Shown here in pieces: positions 50,497 through 63,690 of a stretch of 64,000 nt of DNA. This DNA comes from Anthoceros angustus. Taxonomy: Eukaryota; Plantae; Anthocerotophyta. The stretch spans positions 892,988-956,987 of the forward strand of contig MU008184.1 of the NCBI GenBank assembly GCA_010909165.1, read 5' to 3'. The notes below the pieces were generated by a model. It was given only the letters and a program-made list of their open reading frames with translations. It was not told the DNA's origin and made no database searches. Numbering within the stretch: position 1 is the first letter of the stretch; the number at the start of each line of letters is the position of its first letter. A program made the position numbers and the translations under genes.

Positions 50497-53063
50497 TGTT
50501 ATGGTTAATTAGGATTTAACCTGCTTGGTTATTTATCCAAGGGTCACACCCGTTTAGGGTTGCTCATATGAACATTGTATATCAACAATTTTGTACTCAC
50601 TTTTATTAATTACATTTATGAGCATACAAGTGTGGCGTCACCTGCTCTTAGACTTCTGCTGATAATCAACATGGTATCAGAGCCATAATCTTAATGTCTC
50701 AATCAGTTCTAGGCTAATGTAATTGAGTTGAGCACATAATCAGAATCACATCATCATCGATGGAATTCTGGATTGTGTGCCCAACTAATCACTCTAGCCT
50801 GCACTGCAGACATTGTTAAGATTCTAGGGGCTAAATGATCTTGAGCAGCAAATCCTATCATGTCTAATTGAATGAGATGCCTCGCAGATCTAGAAATAGG
50901 TACCATGTGCCTCATGTAGGGGAAAGAGTCCCCTCCCTAGACTCTGTCGGGCCTCAGGTTCCCATTAGACACTCCAGGTCTGCTTATAGCACTTCTTTGT
51001 CTTCAGGACAAGTTCGTGACTACGATTCGCTTGGTAGAGATCACTATAATACCTACAATCACCACACAACCCGGCCACCGAATATATTACAGATAATCGA
51101 TTGATTCGACAAAAGACTTGACGATAGGTTGAGAGTAATAGAGGCTCTCCTGCTACGCAAGTTCTCAAACACGGGAATCAGACTTTCAGCTATCGATTAT
51201 GCTCTTGACCAAATTGCAGCGGCAATTCAACATCAGCAATTACTCAGCAGACAACTTTAATGCAACAGGTTATCACTTATCTGGGAATTTTTGAACCTGG
51301 CCATTATGTTCCCCCAGCAATTGTTGCTTTGTACCTGTCCACATTGACTCCAATCGCCATGTCTCCAACTCGAGAGAGTGGTGGTTCAGAGAAGCAATGA
51401 TTGCTGCAGCGCTTTGGTATTCACAGGTTCAGAGGTCTTTTCTGCGCCATTCTGTGAATTCTTCGAGTAGCAGATTTCAAGCGACATTCATGGATGCTAG
51501 ACACTTAATCACCAGAGAAGGAGCTCTCAACACTCGCATTTTTCATGGTAGCTATTGGCAAACTTCTCCAGGTGTACCCTTTTCAGTGGTCTACTTCCTA
51601 CGTCGTTTCTGTAGCAAGAACAAGCGGTTATTAGTTAAGATTCATGGGATCCGTTTTTAGGGTTACGTTTCGTCTTCGGCACGTTTCTGACCTATTTTAC
51701 CGACACATTTCCCCTTTTCTTACCGCTTCAGTTTTGCACTGGTGTCTCTTCACTCTCAAGACCTAGTCCACAATTTAGAGCATGCTATGTCTGTGGTAGA
51801 TAGTGATAGTGACTCCGACTTAGACGTTTTCTCCTGGCTGTACTCAAATCCACCTTTGCCAATTGTTAGCTCAGTAACCTTGGCAGCAAACACCAACCTT
51901 GCTACTGCAACAATATCGGTTGGATCTACTCACTCAGGAGAGTTTAAGGAAAAGGACCGCTTTGATGGAAAGCAATCACGCTTTGAGAGCTGGAGAGCAC
52001 GGATGAAAGCAAACTTGAATGCCCGTGATGTTTGGGAGTACGTAGATGGCTCCGTCCCTAATCCTGCATTGGCAAATCCAGCAGGATCAGCAGATGAAAT
52101 TGAGAAGTGGAACAAGGGGAACAAAGTCGCATTTGCTGTATTACTGTCAGGACGTGATGAAGTCACAGTAACAGAAAGTGGACTTCCTTGATACGGCTGC
52201 AGAAGTATGGGATCAACTTACACAAACTTACCAAGTGAACAACATTCTTACCTTGGTGGCTGTTAGGAACAATTACTATGGTCTAAGGATAAAGGAAGGG
52301 GACTCGGTTGGAGCACACGTCACTCGGTTGCGCACCCTACGGGCACAATTGGCTGCGCTAGGAAGCAAGATGACCGACTTGGACGCCACTGCTCAACTGT
52401 TGGCTAGCTTGCCTCCATCTTACCAGAATTTTGTCTCCAGTCAAAATGCAGCCCTTCGTGATTCCTATCAGGCTCTTGCTGCTAATAAACCATCCACTCT
52501 GAACATGAATAAGGTTATTGGTGCTCTCCTGCAAGAGGAGCAAAGCCAAAACCGAAATAAGTCAGGCCATCGTCTCAGAGGCGAGAAGGTCCTATATGCT
52601 AAAGCTAAAGGACCCTGGAAGGGAAAAAAAAAAGGAGCGAAGAAGCAATCTAGTGATTACAACTCACCTCCGCAATCCTCTTCGACCAAATGTCAAGGTA
52701 CTTGTAACTGGTGCCAGATCCCAGGTCACTGGGAACGCGACTGCTGCAAGAAGAAGGCTGGTGAGCCTAAACGGGAGATCAAGCAAGAGGTTCATGCTAC
52801 TTCCAAAGAAAGGAAGTCCTTTGTTGGTTCCCACAGCAACAGCACAGCTTTGACAGTTTGCTTGACACTGTCCAAAGGAAGCTCATCACAATGGTTCGTC
52901 GACTCAGGAGCCACGTCGCATATTTGCAACAACCGTGGGCTCTTCTCGACCTTCCACAAACAAATTACACCACAATCAGTATTTGTTGGTGATTCGAGAG
53001 GAGTTCAGGTCAGGGGTTTTGGTTCTGTCAACATTCCTCTGTTAGATGGTGTAGAAATAAGAG
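50497..53063 (+). mobile_element. Copia element D, 5' part (LTR, PBS, gag, protease), interrupted by E
   Basis: LTR 50497-50671; PBS TGGTATCAGAGCC 50672-50684. Gag 51742-53080 with KEKDRFDG, CNWCQIPGHWERDC and WFVDSGATSHIC (one frameshift). Confidence 0.9.
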
Positions 53064-55185
53064 TGTTGTATCATGATTAGGGTTTAGGGTTTAGTGGATA
53101 ATGACATCAATAATTAATCATTATTAGTTATCCAACTGATACCCGTTCATTAGGGTTGTGTCCCTAGGTTGAATGGAGATGCCTTTTCAGTTATAAGTTT
53201 AAGTTGTCTTTTCAACATATATAGTATAACTTTTCTTGATTGAAATAATATGTAATTACTCACAAATTTTCTATAATCTGTATAAATTATCATGGTATCA
53301 GAGCCATGTAGTTGATGTAGATTTCATTATGGATGCACATATTTTCTACTTGTTAGAAAATGTGCAGAAGAATTTATTCTCTTGTTGTTTTGAAATAGAA
53401 ATTATTTCTATTTTTTCAAGAACTTAAGAGAGAATCAAAAAATGTTATTTGTGTTGCTTTTCTTTAGAAAATCTATATAAATTCATAGAATTAGGTAGTA
53501 ATTCTAGTGTACATCTTCTGAATTGCTATTTTAGCAATTCAATGGACATACACTAGAACAACTGCCCAATTGGCAGAATTTCATATAGAAGAATACAAAA
53601 GAAAATATAAGATGCAGAATTTTCGCACTTATAAAACAAAATTTTCTTGTTTTGGAATGTGGCCAATCAGAATGATGGGCAGGCGCAAGTGCGCCCTGCT
53701 GATCAGATCCCTAGACGTCACAGGTTTAGACTCCCTTCACGACAAACACTTGCTGGTCATCTATGCCAACTCGTGTATGAATGGAGTTTTAGAAACCCTA
53801 CACAGCATATGCAAACGTCTGATCTGAAGGACGCTTTCAACATGATCGTTGAAACTCTGTTTCCACAAGTTAGAGCTTGACTTGGTGTTCGCTCTTCCCC
53901 CGAGAAATCCACAACAATTGCTTGAAGTACGAGTTACCAGAGCCTTTGGGGCTGATGGTAATTCTCGTGGTTTCATTACTACACATGTAGCACCACAAGT
54001 AGGTGTCAATATATTAATAGAGCATATTGAGGCAAACAATAGAAATGTGGAAAGACGCTGTAATCAGATCAATGGACATGTGTCCACTGTAAGCGTAGAT
54101 GTTCAGGATTTGAAGGAACAGATTGCTCACATTGATTACAAGCTTGTCATGTTGTTGAAGCCTGAGTTGTTGAGAAACCCTGCATTCAAGCAGACAGCAT
54201 GTAAGCGTGCTAACAAAACAAGACGTGAGCATAAGTTTGATCAGCCAAACTCCTGTCCTTCATGTCTAACTTATGCATATAATAAGTGGGATATGAGAAA
54301 TACCAGGGTCTTTGATGAGTAGATAGCGTCAAACTGCACCTTGGAGCCTAACCATCTCCAGGCGCTATAAATCCGTTGCATTGGTGGTGTTGACACAAAG
54401 GAAGTGTTCCACCAGTTTAGTGACTAGAAACAGGATCTGGGTCAGAAACAGGAAAAGGAACAAATATAGGATCAAAATTAGGAACATGTACAAGGGCAAG
54501 TGAACCTTCACAATGGCAGAATCATCATCCTCAATTTCTGGAGGATTTAAGGAAAAGGATCGCTTTAGTGGCACAGATTATGACATCTGGGTTTTACGCA
54601 TGAAGGGTGTTCTCCAACAAAACAAGCTTTGGAAACTCACTAAAGGTGAGGAGGAAAGGCCTACTGGAGATTTGGCAGCAGATGCATGGTCAGCCAAAAA
54701 ATGAGGAGGCCATGTACCTTATTCGCAGTGGTCTAGCATCCGAGATGCTGAGACAAACTGGAGGGGCTGAGGCTGCTGCGCAAATATGGTCCAGGTTGGA
54801 AGACCTTTATGCTGGACAGAATGTCATTAACATGATGTCAGCGGCAAGAGCTTTTCAAACATATGTCATGAAAGAAGGAGATTCTGTTGAAAAGCATGTG
54901 AGTACCTTTAGATCCTTAGCCTCCAAGGTTGAAGGAGCCATGGGGAAAGCGGTGACAGAGGATGAGCTCTGCCTCCGAATGCTCTTCTCACTTCCTCCTT
55001 CTTGGAATCATTTCCTCACTTCCTACACAACAGCACAAGCACAGACAGAGAAGTTTGCTAAGAGCATTGGGAAGGAAATGCCAGACATGACATTTTCTGA
55101 GCTGGTTGGAGCCTTACTTCAAGAGGAATCTAGCAGAGGTCCCAATGAACGTCCTGGCAAACAGCAGGCACTTTACACTCCTGGC
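53064..55185 (+). mobile_element. Copia element E, 5' part (LTR, PBS, gag), truncated
   Basis: LTR 53064-53292; PBS 53293-53305. Gag 54513-55185 (KEKDRFSG, LPPSW, LLQEE). Confidence 0.88.
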
Positions 55186-56035
55186 ATAAATGACCTTGTT
55201 GGAAACTCGGTCATAAACTTGGTCCTTACAAGACCTTGTCACAAAACGACTTTTATCATCTGTAAAAGTTAGGAAATAACGCCCACCACCTATGGACTCT
55301 TATGACAAGGGTCCACACAGGTCAGTGTGCACAAGCTCAAGAAGATCTGAAGCACAATGAGGTGCCTTGTTTTTAAAAGCTGCTTGGTGTCTTTTCGAAA
55401 GAACACAAGCTTCACAGAGTGGGATGGAAGCCAAAGGACCTATCTTTCCATCCTAATATAGGTCACTTACTGCTGACTGTTGTAGTTTTGCCATATGTGG
55501 GTGACCTAACCGAGCATGCCATAATTTGGACTTTGCTATCTGTTGCGCAGGGGCTAAAGAGACATCCTGGGTTAGATGTGACTTTGCTATTCCATGGACT
55601 ATGCAAGTGGAGACGAAATAAGTCATGATTAGAAGACCCATAGGCAAGTATTTTCCGATGGTCAAATGCATCTATGACTTGACAGTCAATTCTAGTAAAC
55701 AAAACATGACTGTTATTGTCTGTATTCAGTTTTCTAACTGAAATAAGGTCTCTGGTCATAGCAGGCACATAATACACATCATGTAACATAAGAGTAAAGC
55801 CAATAGGAACTGGCAACTCTACTGTGCCTCTACCAGGTGACACCAAGGATCGATCATCTCCAAGGTAAACATATTGGTCCTGTACTGAATTGTATGTTTT
55901 GAAGGAATTCCTGTCAAAGCATATGTGCGCTGTTGCACCTGTATCTAGATACCATTCAGCTAATGGTTTATGATGGGCTTTTGAAAACAGGCATGTAGGT
56001 AGCAAGAGTGAAGGAGCAAACTCCATGATCCCAAC
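55186..56035 (-). pseudogene. Copia protease / GAG-pre-integrase / integrase-start fragment in opposite orientation
   Basis: WYLDTGATAHIC, LHDVYYVP..LISV, LWHARLGH, and VHTDLCGP/DDKSRF-like motifs. Confidence 0.85.
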
Positions 56036-56037
56036 TG

Positions 56038-56685
56038 TTAGGGCAGTCGGAGTGTTTTGCTTCTTAACTGCAACGTGTGTCTCAACTGGGCCCTCCTTGC
56101 GAGGTATTCCAGCTTTTTTCTTATGACAATCACGTTCCCAGTGTCCAGGTATCTTACAACAATGGCAAATACCTTACCTCTTCTTCTTGCTGGAGGAAGC
56201 TGTTCCCTGAGAACCACCTCCTCGTGAGGTATTAGCTCCACCTCCTTGGGAATTGGGTTTCCAACTCTTCTTCCATCGATTGGGGTCTTGTCATACACTC
56301 CCTGTCTTACCCGCCGTAGGAACTCAGGCACAGAACCCCCACTATCGCGAACCGCCCTCACAGGCTGCATGGAAATCGTCCTCTTCAACCTCCCATACTC
56401 TGCCTCTTCTTCCGTTGGGAACCGCCCATGCTGATTCTCAAACCTCACCACCCAACCAGCACGCCCTCCCTTTCCCCACGGGTTTGGACCCATCCCCCCG
56501 TTTTTTGCTAGCCTCTCTTTTGCTGCAATTTCATACTTTGATGGCTCAAACTTCCCGTTCCTCTTGAGCTCCATCCGAGCCCATGCAAGAGCATCTTCCC
56601 ACTCTTTGTCATCCACCATGCTCGGTTTCTTCCCATGTCCTCCCCATTCCATTTCCTCTAAGCTGCGCCCATGATTTCCACCCAC
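56038..56685 (-). CDS. Uninterrupted 215-aa ORF of unknown function, probably TE-associated
   Basis: ATG to stop with no breaks among degraded neighbours; charged, Gly/Trp-rich; no recognised motif. Confidence 0.35.
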   Translation of the reverse strand: MGGNHGRSLEEMEWGGHGKKPSMVDDKEWEDALAWARMELKRNGKFEPSKYEIAAKERLAKNGGMGPNPWGKGGRAGWVVRFENQHGRFPTEEEAEYGRLKRTISMQPVRAVRDSGGSVPEFLRRVRQGVYDKTPIDGRRVGNPIPKEVELIPHEEVVLREQLPPARRRGKVFAIVVRYLDTGNVIVIRKKLEYLARRAQLRHTLQLRSKTLRLP

Positions 56686-56785
56686 AAGAATTGCGTGTGC
56701 GCGTCATCTGCGAGAAGTGTCGGCTTATGTTGGACTTGACCACTAGGAGTGCAGGAATGCTTCGGAGACAGTTTCACTAACGTCT

Positions 56786-57730
56786 TGTGGGGCGGATCCC
56801 GGGGCTTCCGAGATGCACCCTCTAGCGGCCACACTTATCCCACTATCGTTTCGTACGTTGGGTTTCGTCCCATGAGACTTGTGGAACGGTCGGATCTTGA
56901 GAAATCACTATATCTGTGACTACACACTACCTCGGCCTTCTAAACAAGCAAGGCGCCTCTCACGCTCCCTCTGGCCTACACTTTGTCACGCTTCTTAAAT
57001 TCACCAAGCCTCAACCTACGACACACACACAATTGCAGTCCGTCTTAACGGCGTTTATCACGGGCGCCAGTTCGTCCTTAGGCTGCTGTGGCCTTCCGTT
57101 TTTCCTACACTCTAATCCTCCTCACAACTCTCTCAATCAACAACGCCTCTCCTTCTCTACTCATCTAACCTTCCTTCCTCCACAATCTTCTACTCTAACA
57201 CCAATTCGGCTCATTAATCCCAGCAACTTGCCCTTACTGGCTGGCTGCACAGGGAAATTAACAAGTTCTTCCTTGGGCGTTTGCTATGTGGTTTTGTGCG
57301 GAACCTCCGAAGTCTTTCCCATGTCTACCCTCAAGCCGAGAGTTCCTTGAGCATCGCCACACACTCAAAGCAAAACAATTCACCAGAACCATTCGCGGGA
57401 AGCTGGCCGCGCTGAAGAGCAAGCCCTCCGCCCGACCCTGTCGTTCTCCTCTCTACCGGACATGCGTTGGCTTGCAGTGCACGAAATTCACTGCACAAAG
57501 CGAAGGACTCAGGGAGGATGGGGCGCAAAACAAGATAATTTTACTTCACAAGCTCCTCCTTTTATAGGGAGGTCCTCACATACAACCTCCCACAGCGCCC
57601 TCCAGCCGCCTCCTCCTTATTTTATTGTATTTGTATCCTGTTAGCCGGACTTTAGTTCGACATCCAAGCATCTTGGGTAAAATTCTATTCTAGCAACTAC
57701 CTATGTGAGCCTTAATGGCTCATGTCAACA
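56786..57730 (-). repeat. Gypsy-type LTR-like unit, copy 1
   Basis: TGTGG..GTCAACA. Shares blocks GGGTTTCGTCCCATGAGACTTG, AGCAAGGCGCCTCT, TCTACCCTCAAGCCGAG and AATTCTATTCTAGCAACT with 61859-62849, and the first two with 63691-64000. Confidence 0.7.
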
Positions 57731-57789
57731 TTCCTATCTAGCTAGTCAACACACCCTACTAGGTTGACAAGCATTAATGCCTGTCCTCC

Positions 57790-58815
57790 TCTAAAGAAAA
57801 GTCTCCCCAAGTGGCATCTTGTCCCATTGCCTCCGTAGTATTCCCCAGACTTGAAAACCTCTGATGTAGGGCATCTATAGCCGCGGAAATGCTGGAATTC
57901 TAGTGCGATAATGAGCATGAAGACCGCCATGAAGAAGAATCTTTGCATAGCAATGAAGATGTTCTTCTGGAGTAAGTCCTGACTGAAGAAGGACACGTCC
58001 AACGTAAACCAGCAACTGGCAATGGCGAGCAACCGCCAATAATGCCGTAGCGACTCCATGGAGAAGAAACACTAACCGAGGCTTCTTCCTCCATCCTGCC
58101 TCAGCAGGTGCTATACATCCACCATTTTTTCCGCCAAAGATGTAAGCTCCAGCCATCTATATCCCATGCACCAAAGCGGTGCTGCCTCGGCAGCCTCGCA
58201 ATTTGTAGTATAGGTGACGCAGTGCATAGCGCCCAAAGATCGTGGATGATCCTCCACATACTCCGCTTGGGGGAGGAACCGGATCCTCAGAACGCCCCCT
58301 GCAAGCGTGCATGAAAATCGAGGACACGACGATGCCATCGCCGCCTGTGCAGATGCAAACCCTGTGATTGCAAACACGCGATGAGGGCGCCATGGGTCCT
58401 CGATGTTGGAGTGTTCACATGATGGTGGTGGATGGGTAGTCCCTCCGATACCGGGTTTAGCGGAAAAATGATGGTAGCCATGGATGTGACCGGCCAGGTC
58501 AAGGAGATGCCACCCAATAGAGCGACGATCATGAGAGTCAAGGTCCCATACAATCACCTCCCGCTGCCAATCTTGTCCCCGACCCAACAGCAAATTGCCC
58601 ATTTGTCCCACCACGCGCCACCGCGGCCACCGCCGTGACGTTGATGGGCACCGGCCTCGCCATTACCGGGAGTAGTAGATCCGCCACGCCAAGTCGGAGA
58701 CGGTGGAGATGCGAACAAGTCGTAGGCATCGATGAAAGATCTAGCCCAAGAACGATGATGTTGGTGAAGTGGTACCACGCCTCTTAGTCTTGTAAAGAGC
58801 TTCCAAGACCTCCAG
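57790..58815 (-). pseudogene. PHT1: PHT1-family inorganic phosphate transporter pseudogene (frameshifts, internal deletion, no introns seen)
   Basis: LEVLEAL..K..WYHFT.II..G...FIDAYDLF, WVGDKIG..MYG.TL, THGA.I, PQAEYV, LLAIASCWFTLDVSFFSQDLLQKNIF, FFFMAVFM. Confidence 0.85.
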
Positions 58816-58859
58816 TCAGTCGACCCACCATGCATCGCTTTGGAGTAGCTTCCCATCAT

Positions 58860-61858
58860 CTCCCCAAGAAACTCACCTGCGACACCTCCTTCCGCAAGGA
58901 GCAGCTGTGCTCCTTCCTTCCCCGTCCCTTCCAGCCTTAGCAATGGAGGATGGCAGGTAATAATTCGGGCCTTTTCCGTTGTAACCGCCATGAGAAGTGT
59001 ACATTCGATGTGTTGCACAAGAACATATCCGATGGATATCCGCTTTCTCACTGCGGAAAGCATGCACCCGACTCAAAACAAGATCTTTCTTGGCCGAGCT
59101 TTTTGAGGAATGACTGCAAGAGAGAGATATGGGAACACAACACTGCTCCACCGTAACTCCTAACGCCCACCGATCGAGTGACATACCCTGATGACATAGC
59201 TTGCTCACACTTCACAGCTATCCTTTCTGGACCTGCCCGCCACCATGATCAAGTGGATGATCATGACTCTCGCGTGTCTTGATTGACCGGGTTGCCTTTC
59301 TTGAAATTTGCTACTCCTCGCACCTTCATTGCTCAGCACCTTCCACAATGACCTTCGTTTCCCAAGTGAGTTGAGCAGGAGCTTTTCCAAGTCCACCCGT
59401 CAACCTCCACACATCCATGGCTTGCAATGGTGCAAGCACATTACGGGCAACAAGCTACCAGCAACATATGCCCTCCCATGGCCATGCTAATTCGATGGCG
59501 TAGTGGCTGGAGCACTCATGGTGTGCCTACAAGGGTGAAGCAATCATTGCGGCAGGACATCGTTCAACAAATAACGTGGACATGGGAGTCCATGTTCTAA
59601 CCTCCTCTTCCCATGTACACCTCGCCGTTTCCCTCTAGCTTGTTCACCAGTGGATGTTGGTGCTGTGGCCACAGCCCCGCCTTCAACTCAGTTCACAAAA
59701 CTAGCTTCTCCTCAGCCACACGTCAGCAGTATCCGCATCTCGCAGTCGTCGACTGCATCTATTGGCATCATCACCACCCCTTCATCTCTATGCTCCCTAG
59801 TCTCATGACTAGCCCTAGATCACGTTCTAGTAGCAACCTCCTCACCTTGCTGCAGTTTCTTGGCAGCGATTTCTGCAGTTGACCAAGAATCGGTCGATGC
59901 TCCTTCTTGCAATTCCACTGCAAGCACACCTTGAGGTGTGATTTCTCCACAATCCTCCTTCATACACGTCACCATAGAGCCATCCTCGCTCCTAGGCTCT
60001 AGTGCACACACCTTCTCAGCACACCATTTTTGTGTGCCACCTCCCCTTCCTCCAAATTGCGATTTCTTCGCAATCTCTCCATCGCCTTTTTCCACCATCA
60101 TGGCCTCTCACAGCCCTCCCGACTGCTCACCCTTAGAGAGCACTCCTGCTCTCCTCACACATGTTGCCCACTTTGCTTCATCTCGAACTCTTAGATTGAC
60201 CTCCCGCAAAGAACCCTCGCACAAAACCCCTTCCATGGACACTTGGCCCTTCTACTTGCAACACCTCTTGCTGCAGCCTCAATTACACCTAAACTTTGCC
60301 CACGTTCCTCTCCTTCCAACCATGCTACTGCTACCAACTCCTCGTCAGGAAATCGGTCATCAACAGCCACAATCCGCTCACCAGTTTTCAGTCGAAAAAT
60401 AAAACCTGCATTCACATGTTGCTGCAACTTCTTAAACTCTTCCTACACCTCTACACTTAGAAATCTCCGCTACCTTACCAGATTCCAGCTCTAAGTTTTC
60501 TATGGCACATGGATCTACATGCGTTCCCTTGAACTCCTTCCTACACTATTTCCCGAACATTTATCAAGAAAGTTCATATCATAGGCCTTGCTTTTGCAGA
60601 AGGCTACATCCTTCTGGCGGCCGTGGTGGTACTCTCTCCAAGTAACCATAAATTTCCTCTACATAATCATACAAAGACTCCTCCTTCCTTCGCAGAGTCT
60701 CCACCGCCACCAGTGATGTGCATAGCTCTGGCCACATAATCGTTTCAAAACTACAGTTCCCATATAATCCCAATGTAGCAGTGGTGCAGCCCCATACGTG
60801 CGACTATACCGCTGCTGGGCATGACCTCGAAGCACTCTAGGAAAATTTTGGAGACAATCTGCGGCTGAGGCTTCCAAATTCGCATGAGTCACATGTTCAA
60901 AAGTTTCCACAAAAGCCTCAGCATCTTCACCTTGTTGCTTCTGGTGGTAGCTGTGGGGTAACTGACTCCCACCACTTCTACTTCCTCCACTCATGGTCGA
61001 GGGCGTCCACAAAATTGTGGGCACACATCCCAAGAAACTCCCTGCAATACTGGCAGTAAACAAATGCTGTCTGCAAGCGGGATGTACTATACACAGACTT
61101 GGGCACACAAGCGCCTCAGTCCTCCTAGCAATCAGGGTTGAAAGGGCAGCAAGTTGGGCAATAATTCGATCAAGACCTTGCGAAAGCTCAGCCATTAGAT
61201 CTCGTACCCCAACTTCTCCACTGCCAAATCTCACCCTCTTGCCTTCCTCCTCTTACGACAACCAACTCGAGCTAGAAGAGCTCAACAATCCACGCCGAAA
61301 AAGTCCTCCTCTTGCAGGAACGGAAGATGTACTTGGAAATTACTAACCGCTGGCTCGGATTCTTGACCCTCACCCTTAATCAGCAACTCCTCGGTAACAA
61401 CCTCCTTCCTCTCGCTGTCCGTGAGCACAACCTCCTCCTGCTCTTAGACAACTACCTCTTCTTCCTCAACGGAACCCCTGAAGATGTTAGCACATGTAGC
61501 TTCCTCCGCAAGAGCTCTCTCCTCGCTTCTTCCTTTGCACATTGTGCACAAAGAACTAAGCTTTCTTCACACACATGATTCGCTCACACAAATCCTTTGG
61601 GACAAAGTGGGCGATCCGCTTCTCTAAAATTACTTCCTTCCCTCCCCAACTAGACATCTGCAAGCATCCTCATGACCTCCAACCCGCTGTTAAGAAGGAA
61701 GCAACCCACACCCTTTAGTGTCTCCATTCACCCCTAACGCTTAGAGGGCGAAGCTTCTTCACAACATATGGTCACTTCAATCCTTCTCAAGCATCTACAG
61801 CCTAGCGATGGAAACCACAAAACTTCAAACTTTCAAGAACAAGTCCAACGGGCCAAAA
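58860..61858 (-). mobile_element. Highly degraded Gypsy internal region (gag ~60500-61230; possible integrase remnants ~58900-59450)
   Basis: EDAEAFVETFEHV...FPRVLRGHAQQRY...HWDY is a retrotransposon gag-like stretch downstream of LTR 61859-62849. Confidence 0.55.
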
Positions 61859-62849
61859 TGTGGTAGGGAAAACCCGGGCTTCCTAGGTCCCCCACGCTCC
61901 CCGCTCAGACGCTTGGGTTTCGTCCCATGAGACTTGTGTGAAAGTTCGAGGCCTGTGATAACCGGTCGCCACCGCAGAGACACAACTTCTCACCCTTCTA
62001 AACCCAGCAAGGCGCCTCTACTCTCCTCTTAGCCTGCACCTTGCCTCCGAAAATCACTCCATTCTCGACCTACAACGACACACACACAATTAGGTCCGCT
62101 TAGCAAGGAGCCTATCACGGGCGCCGGGGACCCCTGATCCACACCGCAATTTCGTCTCCCTACTTCTAAGACCACTCTTCTCCACCTCGGGAGCGCCTTT
62201 TACTTGTGATTTGGGATTCTGGCCCTTAGGCTCTTCCCGTGGCCTTCCACTAACACCTACACCTCTAATCCTCTACTCATCTTCTCATCCTCTTCCTCCT
62301 ATTCTAACCTCGCTGGCTTCTGGCTGACTCGCCTTACACAACCGCCTGGGTCGCCTCCACCAAGCAAGTTCTTCCTTGGGCCGGGTTATGAGTTTGACAC
62401 CCAGCGAGAACCTCCTGTGAGTCTTTCCTGTAGTCTACCCTCAAGCCGAGTTCTCGGGCATTGCCACACACCCAAAGCAAAGCAATTTCACAGCAACCAT
62501 TCACAAGTGAGCAACCTGCTTTAGGCATAGCGAGCAAGCCCTCCACCAAGCACTCCACCACCGCGACTTCCTCTCCGTGACTGCATTGGCTCACCGCTCA
62601 AATTCTTTACAAGGGCAAAGGACATGAGTATGGAAGGGCAAGACGTGATACTTTATTTTGTGAAATCCTCCTCCTCTTAGGAGGTCTCCACATACAACCT
62701 CCCTTGGGTGACCCTACAGTCACCTTTTCCAATATTCTATTATTTCCTACCGCAAAGATTTAAGGCTTGGCATCTAAGTCTCTCGATCCTAGGTAAATTC
62801 TATTCTAGCAACTTCACCTATGGCCACTCTTTAATGTTGCTAACCTACA
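61859..62849 (-). repeat. Gypsy-type LTR-like unit, copy 2 (probable 5' LTR)
   Basis: TG..CA termini, homologous to copy 1. The minus strand continues TTTTGGCCCG (PBS-like) into the gag region. Confidence 0.7.
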
Positions 62850-63690
62850 CCACCTATCCTTCTCATTCCCCAAAGCTCATTTATGGCGATATCCTCTCTG
62901 CCTCCCTAACAGTATCCTCCAGCTTCAACTTCAAAGAATTCAAGAAATTCCCGACATGATCCCCTTCGATCGATTTTAGCCAAAAAAAATCAAGTTCGTT
63001 CTTCCTCCGGCTCGTTTGGGCTGGTTGCCCAAACTTTTGCATTCCACACAAGCACTCAAGAACCTCTAGGGGCCTCAATTTTGCTCGCTGCCTCTTCTGG
63101 AAATTTCCAGCCCTTGCATTCACTTCGGGCCATCGGCGGGCGTGAGGCCCTTCCTGTGGCTGCCCATCCGCCCTTCCACCCAACGCTGTGATGACGCTGG
63201 AAAGCGCTGCGCCTCGCGCCTCCTTCCTTCCTCTTCCCTACCGGCTCTTGCCTACCGACGAGCTCTGCCATGGGGTAGGATGAACCCCTACCGGTTAGTC
63301 TCATTACCTGGCTTGGTAGGCCTACCACGGTACTCCCGCCCACCCACTGGTAGAAGGACGGGGTGCCTCCCAGCACCCACTTCAAATGGTGGGACTCCTC
63401 CCACCCTTGGGTCACTCACCCCCGTGGTAGTCTCCGCCTCAGACACCGCCACTCTGACCCTCCATGGCCGGATTTTTCCTCTCTTCCTTGCTCTTGTGGG
63501 GGAAAGGCCTCCCACTCCGGCAACCTCCTCGCTTCACCTCTATCCTTGGTCCCGTGCGCTTGTAGAGGTCTCTCTCTCCCATTGTCTCTCCTACCAAGGG
63601 CTAAGCTTAAAGCTGAGGGATGATCTCAAAGCTATGCCATCCTCCTCCTTGTCGATAGAAGCCTCCTGCCTCCCCAAATGCCCAAGTAGG

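Noticed and set aside
50672-50684. tRNA gene
   Set aside because: Only a 13-nt primer-binding site complementary to the tRNA-Met 3' end; no cloverleaf. The same holds for the other PBS copies.
53077-53092. Interstitial telomere
   Set aside because: Only about 2 units, and they lie inside an LTR.
56036-57730. Solo LTR with TSD
   Set aside because: Flanks do not match for either candidate start (CCAAC or CGTCT vs TTCCT).
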